DNA from: Candidatus Hermodarchaeota archaeon
Lineage (GTDB): Archaea; Asgardarchaeota; Lokiarchaeia; Sigyniarchaeales; SOKP01
Assembly: GCA_048885525.1 (NCBI GenBank)
Contig: JBHLLP010000059.1
Span: 1 to 15,913, forward strand
Length of the DNA stretch: 15,913 nucleotides
Direction: 5' to 3'
The notes beneath the pieces were generated by a model. The model ran no database searches and was not told the DNA's origin. It worked only from the letters and a program-made list of their open reading frames with translations. The translations under genes and the position numbers were made by a program. Below are positions 8,707 to 15,913 of the stretch, piece by piece (position 1 is the first letter of the stretch; each line of letters opens with the position of its first letter).

Positions 8707-8816
8707 TTTAATTTCACCTTCAAGTTTTGATTATATTTGATATTGTTTTTTTAACTCTAGTATAAATAATATCTATATATTTTTTTTTGTTAAATTGAGA
8801 TGATTATTATCGTATT

Positions 8817-8832
8817 GGTAAAGATTATATAG
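8817..8832 (+). promoter_or_regulatory. Putative BRE/TATA promoter for 8910..9662
   Basis: GGTAAAGA followed by TTATATAG (8825-8832). Confidence 0.4.
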
Positions 8833-8909
8833 TCGAGGTATTAACTATATTTATAAAAAAAAATATGAAATTGGATTCATTCAATAATTTAGTTATTAAA
8901 GTGAATTAA

Positions 8910-9662
8910 ATGTTATTTCAAGTAGTTTTGGATAATTTAACCCAATTATCTGGAATTTTTGGGTTTTTAGGGGTTGCTATAGCCTGGTTATATGGAGGTA
9001 TCGTACTTTATAAAGCGATAAAATCTAAAGAGAAAATGCTCTATTATTTCTTTCTTGCGGTTATCTTTACAATTTCACCATGGTATCCTTCTGGGTTAGG
9101 TTATATATATTGGTTATTCACCCGTGAAGCTTTAACTTATCCTGTTTATGTATTAATGGGAACTATTGGAGCTCCAATCGCATTATTTGCTTGGTTACAA
9201 ATATACATGCCCGCTTTACATGCAAAACAAAAAAACATTGCAACAATAATTGCCATAATAATTTCAATCGCATTTTATATATATCTTATATATTTCCTAT
9301 TCTTCGCTTCAGGAGCTCCAGTAGAAGGTCTAATAGGCGTTAAAGATAGTGCAATTGATATCTCATATAAAGGTTTTGTTCTAATTTTTCTTGCGTTTTC
9401 CTTAATTATCAGTACGATAACTGGAAATGAATTTGCCATAGCTTCGCTAAAGATAAAAGATAATCCCGTGATTGTCTGGAAAGGCAGATTTCTAATACTC
9501 TCATTTAACTTTTTTACAATTGGGGCCATAGGAGATGGCTTTATCCCATTATCACCAGCAACATTAATAATATTTAGACTCTTTTTGATGCTCGCTAGCA
9601 CGTTTTACTATATTGGTTTCATTATGCCAGGTTGGATGAAAAAAATTCTTAAATTAGAATAG
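8910..9662 (+). CDS. Stand-alone 7-TM membrane protein, function unknown
   Basis: Seven hydrophobic segments by eye, basic loops after TM1, TM3 and TM5, a longer loop between TM4 and TM5, and no soluble output domain. Confidence 0.75.
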   Translation: MLFQVVLDNLTQLSGIFGFLGVAIAWLYGGIVLYKAIKSKEKMLYYFFLAVIFTISPWYPSGLGYIYWLFTREALTYPVYVLMGTIGAPIALFAWLQIYMPALHAKQKNIATIIAIIISIAFYIYLIYFLFFASGAPVEGLIGVKDSAIDISYKGFVLIFLAFSLIISTITGNEFAIASLKIKDNPVIVWKGRFLILSFNFFTIGAIGDGFIPLSPATLIIFRLFLMLASTFYYIGFIMPGWMKKILKLE

Positions 9663-9684
9663 TAATAAAATAAATTCATTTTTT

Positions 9685-10611
9685 TTATTTATAATTAAGA
9701 ATCAAAACTGCAACCAAAACTATTATTCCCCCTATTATGTTCCATAATACAATGGTTTCACTTCTTTGAAGCAATAGTGAGAATATTAAAGTAAGAAACG
9801 GTTCAATATATAAAAAGGAAGCAACTTTAGATGATATTAAAACTTTTTGTGAATTTTGCCAAATATAATACCCTATTACATAACAACCAAACCCCAAATA
9901 TACAGCACAAATAAATAATAAAAGATTTAAGAAATTATTAATGAAAATCATAAGTTCACCATTAAGTAAAACAAAAATAAATAATTCAATTGTACCAATG
10001 TAAGCTATATACTTATTAATGGTGTTACTTGAGTTGGAACTGGATATTTTTTTAGTTGCTGTTGAATAAACTGCCCATAATAATGGAGTCATTAATGCAA
10101 ATAAATAACCTAGAAAGTTGGGTGACTTTGATGTGAGTGTTGCTATATCACCTCCAGTTACTAATAGGAATCCACCAATTGTCGCAATTAAAAATCCTCC
10201 AATTTTAAAAATGTTTAACTTTTCTTTGAAAAAAATTAAAGCTAATATCACAATAATTACAGGTGTAATTAAACAAACAAATAACGCTGGAAGAGATGGA
10301 CCGATGATTTCAATTGCGGAATATTGGGCAAGAAAAAATAATGAAACACCTGTAAAGCTTGAGAGTATAATTAATACCCAATCATTCTTTGAGAACTTAT
10401 TGATATTTTTTTTTTGATTATCCACTGAAATTTCTCCTTTCTTCTTTATTTTAAAATAGACATCAATAATTAGAAATGTACATGATGCTATAACAAATCG
10501 ATACAATGCAATGGATAAAGGTGGAATAAATTCTACAGCGATATCAACTATTACAAATGAAAAACTCCAGATAATAACCATCAAAATTAATTTTAAATAA
10601 ACTCGCAACAT
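9685..10611 (-). CDS. DMT superfamily EamA-type transporter
   Basis: IIWSFSFVIV...PPLSIALYRF, FFKEKLN, WAVYST and YIEPFLTLIFSLLL; two 5-TM repeats. Confidence 0.92.
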   Translation of the reverse strand: MLRVYLKLILMVIIWSFSFVIVDIAVEFIPPLSIALYRFVIASCTFLIIDVYFKIKKKGEISVDNQKKNINKFSKNDWVLIILSSFTGVSLFFLAQYSAIEIIGPSLPALFVCLITPVIIVILALIFFKEKLNIFKIGGFLIATIGGFLLVTGGDIATLTSKSPNFLGYLFALMTPLLWAVYSTATKKISSSNSSNTINKYIAYIGTIELFIFVLLNGELMIFINNFLNLLLFICAVYLGFGCYVIGYYIWQNSQKVLISSKVASFLYIEPFLTLIFSLLLQRSETIVLWNIIGGIIVLVAVLILNYK

Positions 10612-10722
10612 TTAAAATCAAAAAATATAATGATTTTCTTCAATTTTTATACAAAAAGTTCTACTATGATGTTTTATTAAAATAATTTAATAATAGAAAA
10701 TTATGAACATTAATAATTATTT

Positions 10723-11322
10723 TTGGACAGATTTTTATTGAAAAAAATTAGCTATAGCTTGCGGATTGCAATTATAGGTAATATAAAATCCTTAGAGGAA
10801 ATTTTTTTTGAAAGCCTTAAGAAATTAGCTATAGATTTTAATCTTTCTACTAATAATTATGAATGTTTAATTGTATTCAAGCAAATTCCAATTAAAATTA
10901 AGATATTTATTGCTGAAAAACTTGAAGATTTAATATATAAGTTTGAAAAAATACAGAAACTCGATGTAATAATTCTCTCACTAAATTTATACGATCCAGA
11001 TTCACTTACCAATATTACTAAACCATTATTAAAAGAATTTAATGAAACCTATTCATTTCAAGGATTATCTATCTTAGTTGGAATGGATATTAGAAATATA
11101 TTCAATATATCAACATTAAAAGATTATAAAATAAGCCGATATCAATTAGAAAAAATTTCAAAAAACTTAAACCTAATCTATTGTTTTGAAATTTTCAACA
11201 AAAGTAACGATATAGCTGAGATTTATAATACTATTATGGATGATTTTATGATAAGATTTCAATATTCAAATCCAGAATTATTCGAAGCCGCTAAAAATTA
11301 TGGAAAAAAGCTTGTGAGTTAA
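10723..11322 (+). CDS. Small GTPase (Ras/Rab-like) fold protein with degenerate G-motifs (probable pseudo-GTPase)
   Basis: The order of elements matches the Ras fold: LRIAIIG, IPIKIKIF, LDVIILSLNLYDPDSLTNI, SILVGMD, ISRYQLEKISKNLNLIYCFEI, DIAEIYNTI. GxxxxGKS/T, DxxG and NKxD are missing. Confidence 0.7.
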   Translation: MDRFLLKKISYSLRIAIIGNIKSLEEIFFESLKKLAIDFNLSTNNYECLIVFKQIPIKIKIFIAEKLEDLIYKFEKIQKLDVIILSLNLYDPDSLTNITKPLLKEFNETYSFQGLSILVGMDIRNIFNISTLKDYKISRYQLEKISKNLNLIYCFEIFNKSNDIAEIYNTIMDDFMIRFQYSNPELFEAAKNYGKKLVS

Positions 11323-11375
11323 TAAAATAATTTTTTCAATATTTAAATTTAATTACTATTAAAAAGATAGAAAAT

Positions 11376-11390
11376 CGAAAAGTTATAAAA
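11376..11390 (+). promoter_or_regulatory. Archaeal BRE + TATA promoter for 11466..11663
   Basis: CGAAAAG directly followed by TTATAAAA (11383-11390); GGAGG SD site at 11451-11455. Confidence 0.55.
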
Positions 11391-11465
11391 ACAATAAAAG
11401 ATACAATTTTAAATATAATTATTAAAAATGCCATAAGGTTAAAAGAATAAGGAGGGAGTTAAATA

Positions 11466-11663
11466 ATGGGAGAAGAATCAAAAGATTTATTAACTATTGA
11501 AAGGGATGAAGGAACGCGCAGAAAATGTCCCAGTTGTGGGGAAGAAAATAAGAACATGATTCATGAATCAACAGATAAATCGAATATCATAAGCGATTAT
11601 CCTAGGGTATACGGGCGTAAATATCGCTGCGGGCGTTGTGGACAAGAGTGGCGAGAGAAATAA
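11466..11663 (+). CDS. Small zinc-ribbon protein (TFS/TFIIS C-terminal ribbon-like)
   Basis: CPSCG...YRCGRCGQEWRE; strong SD site and promoter upstream. Confidence 0.8.
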   Translation: MGEESKDLLTIERDEGTRRKCPSCGEENKNMIHESTDKSNIISDYPRVYGRKYRCGRCGQEWREK

Positions 11664-11797
11664 TTTTTTAAAAGTTTTTAAAAAATGTAATATTGCTTAT
11701 TATCTTCATAGATTTAGGATAAATATTTATTATCAAAATTTTAAATTTATAATTCGACAAGATCAGGATTTTATTTTTCTTTACAATATGGAAATAT

Positions 11798-11972
11798 TTA
11801 AAGAAGAAATTTTACCATTGGAAGTTCTGCTTACTTTTTTATTTATTATGGAAATTCTCTTTCAAATAGTTTAAACATTGATAACTTTTGAGTTATCTGG
11901 TCCCTAATTTCTCTACCTACTCTTACCTCATTTTATTTGATATATTATGGGGTAGGACGTCAAATTCAGTGA
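11798..11972 (+). pseudogene. 3' remnant of a paralog of the 7-TM gene 12123..12866
   Basis: LKKK / frameshift / FTIGSSAYFFIYYGNSLSNSLNIDNF*VIWSLISLPTLTSFYLIYYGVGRQIQ* aligns with LKKKWKFFIIG...ANFL...IIRTL...YLNYLGVGRQLEK. In-frame TGA at 11889-11891. Confidence 0.8.
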
Positions 11973-12122
11973 AATTTGTATTATTTAAACCTATTCAGGT
12001 AAAAATATCAATTAGGAAATTTTTTAAGAAGAAAAAGGCAACAATATTAAATATAAAACAATAAATAATTACTATAACAAAGTTAATATCAAAACAATAT
12101 AACTACGTTAGAGTGAGTTTTT

Positions 12123-12866
12123 ATGGTTTTATATCAATTACCATTGGAAGATCCAATGCGAGTTATAACAATTTACGGTGCACAAGGAATCGTTTTTGCA
12201 TGGTTTTTATATTTAGCATATCGTATCCTTAAAAGAGATAGAAAAAGATTAAATTTAATATTCTCCGGGTTCTATTTATCTGTGGTAGTAGGGACATTTT
12301 TTAATTTTATTTATGGACCTATTGCGAATGAACAAATTGTACTTATATTAAATTTTGTGACCAACTTCGGCGCTTTTTATGCTCCAATATTTTTTATTGT
12401 CTTTAATCTAATCTTACTGAAATCAGAAAAAGTAATCACTCCAATAAAACAGCTTATAATATTTATAGCTTATGGTATTTATCTGTTTTGTATGATCTTT
12501 TTCGTGTTAGCTGGAGAAGGATGGGGAGTATCACTTAATGCTTTTACAGAATGGAAACCTGTTTGGCATCTACCTTTCTTTCTTTATGTATTCTTAGGTG
12601 TAACAATATTTGCAATTGTACCACTATTGTATTTATCATTTCAAATTTATAATAAATTTGAAGATGAGCAATTAAAGAAGAAATGGAAATTTTTCATTAT
12701 TGGTGTTATTGCATTAATTGGATTTATGTATGCAATTTTCTTTGCAAATTTCCTAGGACAAGAATACCCAATAATAAGGACTTTAATTGTACCAATCGGT
12801 TTAGTCTTAAATCTCATTGGTGGGTATTTGAATTACCTCGGTGTGGGAAGACAGCTAGAGAAATAA
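12123..12866 (+). CDS. Stand-alone 7-TM membrane protein (HisKA_7TM-like sensor architecture), function unknown
   Basis: Seven hydrophobic segments; basic KRDRKR and KKKWK loops; WKPVW loop between TM4 and TM5; ends GVGRQLEK with no output domain. Confidence 0.78.
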   Translation: MVLYQLPLEDPMRVITIYGAQGIVFAWFLYLAYRILKRDRKRLNLIFSGFYLSVVVGTFFNFIYGPIANEQIVLILNFVTNFGAFYAPIFFIVFNLILLKSEKVITPIKQLIIFIAYGIYLFCMIFFVLAGEGWGVSLNAFTEWKPVWHLPFFLYVFLGVTIFAIVPLLYLSFQIYNKFEDEQLKKKWKFFIIGVIALIGFMYAIFFANFLGQEYPIIRTLIVPIGLVLNLIGGYLNYLGVGRQLEK

Positions 12867-12873
12867 AACTCCT

Positions 12874-12920
12874 AATTTTTTTATTTTTATTTTAATTTTT
12901 TCAACTTAAATTTTATTTTG
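12874..12920 (+). terminator. Oligo-T tract, putative archaeal intrinsic terminator
   Basis: Several T runs (ttttttt, ttttt, tttt, ttttt) directly after the 12866 stop codon. Confidence 0.4.
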
Positions 12921-13025
12921 ACTAATTAACATTATTATATATAAAAAGATTCAAAATGAGCTTAAAAAATAGAATTATCTCAAAGTTAAATTTTTCTTCT
13001 TAAATCTGTAAATTGTGCTTCATAT

Positions 13026-13373
13026 ATGATTGAAGAATTGATACGAGTTAGAGGTATTGGTCCAACAGCAGCAGAGAGGTTAATGAATGCCGGTGTGAAA
13101 AGTATTGAGGAAATTGCTAAATCTAAACCAGAGGAATTAGCTTGGATTAAAGGTATTGGTATGATATCTGCCAATTACATAATTCAAAATGCTAAAGAAT
13201 TGCTCAATTTAGAAAAAGGAATACAGAAAGTATTAAATTCAATTAAGGAAAATTTTGCTAAAAGTTGTCCTAAATGTGGAGGAGATATGAACGAGAGATT
13301 AATAATTCTTGGACCTGAGAAGAGATTAAGAGCAAATCAATGTGTATTGTGTAAGTTTTATATGCCTAAATGA
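13026..13373 (+). CDS. Tandem helix-hairpin-helix protein with a C-terminal zinc ribbon
   Basis: HhH motifs VRGIGPTAA and IKGIGMISA; CPKCG...CVLC. Confidence 0.85.
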   Translation: MIEELIRVRGIGPTAAERLMNAGVKSIEEIAKSKPEELAWIKGIGMISANYIIQNAKELLNLEKGIQKVLNSIKENFAKSCPKCGGDMNERLIILGPEKRLRANQCVLCKFYMPK

Positions 13374-13590
13374 ATATTTATTAAATAGAAAATATAAATA
13401 ATTACTTTTTCTACTATATAAAATGATTTTGGAATTATATTCTGATCCACAATGTTTACAGAAAATGGTCGATAAAAATTTTAGTTACTAATATAATTAT
13501 TATTATAGTAGGTTAAAATTTCCAATTTTTAGTATAAATAAAATAGAGAATCTCGAGAAATAATATCTTAAATAAGGAATTCGTGGATGT

Positions 13591-14574
13591 TTGATGTTAA
13601 AAAAAGACGAAATTTATGAAGACGATAAAAAAGGAATAAAATTAATTTGTCCTATATGTAAAGCGGAAAAATTAGTACAAGTATCTAAAAAAATGGTGGA
13701 AAATTCTAAAACTCTTTTGACAATTTCAGTTCCTTCAAATTTTATTTGCGAACATGGCTTTCAAGCATATGTAGATAGATGGTTCTGTGTTAGAGGTTAT
13801 CAGAATGCTGATCTTGAATTAAAAAATCTAGAAATATATGAAACTGGAAGCAAAAATATTGATGATATTGTCACTTATTCTGTTTCTTTAGTCATTAAAA
13901 AAATTATTAATAATTTAAAGAAGAATGAGGAAGAGGGAGTAATTTTGGGTGGTTCCCTCTTCAATCAAAAAGGACACGTGTTATATTTTTCTCTACCTGA
14001 TGAGATCTTTCTAAATATGATAAATCAATTTGAACTTCAAAAGGTAAATAGTGAAATCAAACTAAAAAAAATGATTATTGAATTGGAAAATAATCAAAAA
14101 ATATTTACTGAATTTATAAAAGTGGAAGATTCTACTCTAACAATGGTTATTCTTTTTCCCTCTGTTATTAGTATCACCGATGCAGAATCATATCTAAATG
14201 TTTTTAAAAAATTTGTTATGGAGCATGAGGATCCTATAGAATTAAAAAAAAGAGAACACTTACGAATGAAAAAAATAGAAGATGCTCAAAAAAGGAAGGC
14301 TAAACGGAAAGCTCCATCAAAATTTTGGGTTTATTCTAAAATAACCAGTGAAACACCTTTAGAAGAATTAGACAGTATTTATATTGATGAATTAGGGATT
14401 GAAATTGATAAAAAGAATATCATAAATTTAGAAGAAATTATACAAATTAGCAAAAATAGAACATTTAAGGGAAAAATCTATTTCTCTGATAAATTTATAC
14501 ATCTAATGGAAGGTTTAGCACTAACTATGAAAGATGCTTGGGTACTATTAAACAAATTAAATAAAAAACCATAA
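13591..14574 (+). CDS. Zn-finger (CPxC...CxH) domain fused to a roadblock/longin/profilin-like domain and an unknown C-terminal domain
   Basis: CPICK...CEHGFQAYVDRWFCVRGYQNAD; ILGGSLFNQKGHVLYFSLP followed by helix, three strands and helix; basic linker KRKAKRK. The start is TTG 13591 or ATG 13594. Confidence 0.65.
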   Translation: MMLKKDEIYEDDKKGIKLICPICKAEKLVQVSKKMVENSKTLLTISVPSNFICEHGFQAYVDRWFCVRGYQNADLELKNLEIYETGSKNIDDIVTYSVSLVIKKIINNLKKNEEEGVILGGSLFNQKGHVLYFSLPDEIFLNMINQFELQKVNSEIKLKKMIIELENNQKIFTEFIKVEDSTLTMVILFPSVISITDAESYLNVFKKFVMEHEDPIELKKREHLRMKKIEDAQKRKAKRKAPSKFWVYSKITSETPLEELDSIYIDELGIEIDKKNIINLEEIIQISKNRTFKGKIYFSDKFIHLMEGLALTMKDAWVLLNKLNKKP

Positions 14575-14589
14575 TAAGTTTTTTTAAAT

Positions 14590-15558
14590 TCATATCCAGA
14601 ATGTAAGAAGAAAGATATAAGATAAAAGGTAAAGCGAAATAAACATAATTCCCGTTTTTTTATCTATTTTCCTTCTAACCGCAATTGTTATAAAGACTAT
14701 AAAACTTGCAACTAAGGTGTATAAAACTGTAGGGATTGCAAGTGCAGCTGTTATATAATTCGGATTTCGATTAAATACAACATGTCCAATACCAATAGAA
14801 AGTGTGGAATCTACAATGCAAGAGCCAACAATGTCACCTATAGCGATTTGATGATGACCTAATCTTAATGCATTGATATCAACTGCCAACTCCGGGAGTG
14901 AAGTTCCCACTGCAACTATGAAGAAACTTATGATATATTCATGAATGTTTAAGGCACTTGAAATTATTATAACAGATTCAACAATCATATAAGCTGCTAA
15001 TGTGACCCCTCCAAATCCTATAATAGCTATGAGAAGGTGAAACTTTTTACTTTTTGGCGTTTTTATTTTCTCCATCATTTCTACTCTCTGTAAAATACTT
15101 TCCTTATTAGCATTATAAATTAACCAAATATAAATTCCTAAACACCCAACCAATAAAATACCATCTAATCTTGTAACATATCCTTTCTCAATAACAGTAA
15201 AGATTAATACTAATGACAGGATTTCACATGCTCCTAAAATAATAATATCTTTTCTATGAATATAGAACATTCCACCAACTAATGGTAAAATTCCAAAAAC
15301 TAAGGTAAGTTGTGTTAAATCTGATCCTACAGAATCACCAATATCAATATCAGCATGCCCTACAGCGCAAGATACAAGAGAATTAAAGATTTCTGAAATG
15401 TCTGTTCCTATAGAAACCAAAGTTACTCCAATTATTAAGGGTGAGATACCTAATGCCGCAGCTAGGATAGCTGAATGTTTTACAGCCTTCATGCTAGAGT
15501 AAATGATAAGAGCTATTCCACCAATGAGTGTTAAAATTGCTAAGAGTAAATTTATCAT
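14590..15558 (-). CDS. Na+/Ca2+ exchanger family (CaCA, YrbG/NCX_Mj-like)
   Basis: GISPLIIGVTLVSIGTDISE...GDSVGSD and VAVGTSLPEL...IAIGDIVGSC alpha-repeats. Confidence 0.92.
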   Translation of the reverse strand: MINLLLAILTLIGGIALIIYSSMKAVKHSAILAAALGISPLIIGVTLVSIGTDISEIFNSLVSCAVGHADIDIGDSVGSDLTQLTLVFGILPLVGGMFYIHRKDIIILGACEILSLVLIFTVIEKGYVTRLDGILLVGCLGIYIWLIYNANKESILQRVEMMEKIKTPKSKKFHLLIAIIGFGGVTLAAYMIVESVIIISSALNIHEYIISFFIVAVGTSLPELAVDINALRLGHHQIAIGDIVGSCIVDSTLSIGIGHVVFNRNPNYITAALAIPTVLYTLVASFIVFITIAVRRKIDKKTGIMFISLYLLSYIFLLTFWI

Positions 15559-15815
15559 TTTCTGAATAATATTATTTATTATAGAATTTCATTGTCTCAA
15601 ATAAATTAGATTGAAAACAATGCTACTTATGGAACTTCTCAACTAAGTGATCTTGGATGATACTTTGTTAATCTAATGATGATTGTGAGTAATTGTTTCT
15701 GCAGTTGTAATAGATATTTTCTCATATATAAAATTATCCATTTTCTATCCAAAAATATCCATAAAATGTCCAAAATAAATAAAATTTATTAAAGAAAAAT
15801 ATTAAAAAATAACTA

Positions 15816-15913
15816 ATGGAAAATGAAAAACATGAATTCCATATTTCTATAGAAAAAGAAGTATTCGATAAATTAGAATCTCTCAGAGATTATTATGGAA
15901 TTAAAAATATTAC
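15816..15913 (+). CDS. Ribbon-helix-helix (CopG/Arc-like) DNA-binding protein, truncated by the window edge
   Basis: MENEKHEFHISIEKEVFDKLESLRDYYGIKNI...: alternating beta strand, amphipathic helix, then a Gly turn. Absent from the ORF track. Confidence 0.6.
   Translation, partial: MENEKHEFHISIEKEVFDKLESLRDYYGIKNI

Noticed and set aside
3750-10417. ORFs 3750..3992, 5877..6203, 6512..6760, 9275..9601 and 10118..10417
   Set aside because: Each lies antisense within a longer, better-supported gene.
11638-11874. 78-aa ORF in the track
   Set aside because: Overlaps the zinc-ribbon gene and is out of frame with the 7-TM pseudogene remnant, which explains the region better.
11889-11891. In-frame TGA as a possible selenocysteine codon
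   Set aside because: It aligns with Arg rather than Cys, lies in a fragment with a frameshift and no 5' part, and no SECIS-like hairpin was evident. A nonsense mutation is the simpler explanation.
8910-12866. 7-TM proteins as microbial, helio- or schizorhodopsins
   Set aside because: No retinal-binding Lys in mid-TM7 (no DxxxK or SxxxK) and no RYxxW-like TM3 motif.
12683-13174. ORFs 12683..12895 (+) and 12986..13174 (-)
   Set aside because: Alternative-frame or antisense overlaps of supported genes.
15600-15730. Possible decayed gene fragment on the minus strand (IQDHLVEKFHK*HCFQ), vaguely like a cation-efflux C-terminus, and a 28-aa ORF
   Set aside because: Too short and interrupted to support by eye; a tblastx or HMM search would be needed.
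1-15913. CRISPR arrays, tRNA/rRNA genes, IS elements, integrases and long tandem repeats
   Set aside because: No regularly spaced repeats, GC-rich structured RNA segments, transposase motifs or terminal inverted repeats were seen; intergenic regions are short and AT-rich.

Overview
AT-rich, gene-dense prokaryotic window that is most likely from an Asgard archaeon (Lokiarchaeia/Promethearchaeia-like). This is inferred from BRE/TATA-like promoters, GGTGA-type Shine-Dalgarno (SD) sites, a small-GTPase-fold protein and a CPxC...CxH.F..YVD..F.VRGYQ domain. Left part: an operon with a 2-hydroxyacyl-CoA dehydratase-like (COG3581-type) protein, an ASKHA CoA-enzyme activase, a small protein and a PlsC-like acyltransferase that lacks its catalytic His. 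Next come a divergent Na+/Ca2+ exchanger, a Cys-rich protein, a GNAT, a CorA/RMD1-like membrane protein and a C45 Ntn-hydrolase. Right part (about 8.2-15.6 kb): a cluster of signalling-like genes, namely a C2-domain-like protein that probably starts at an ATT codon, two stand-alone 7-TM proteins plus an unannotated pseudogene of a third, a pseudo-GTPase, a TFS-like zinc ribbon, an HhH/Zn protein, a Zn-finger plus roadblock/longin-like protein, and a second Ca2+ exchanger; an EamA transporter lies among them. A ribbon-helix-helix gene runs off the right edge. No rRNA, tRNA, CRISPR array or mobile element was seen. All family calls come from motif recognition by eye; no searches were run.
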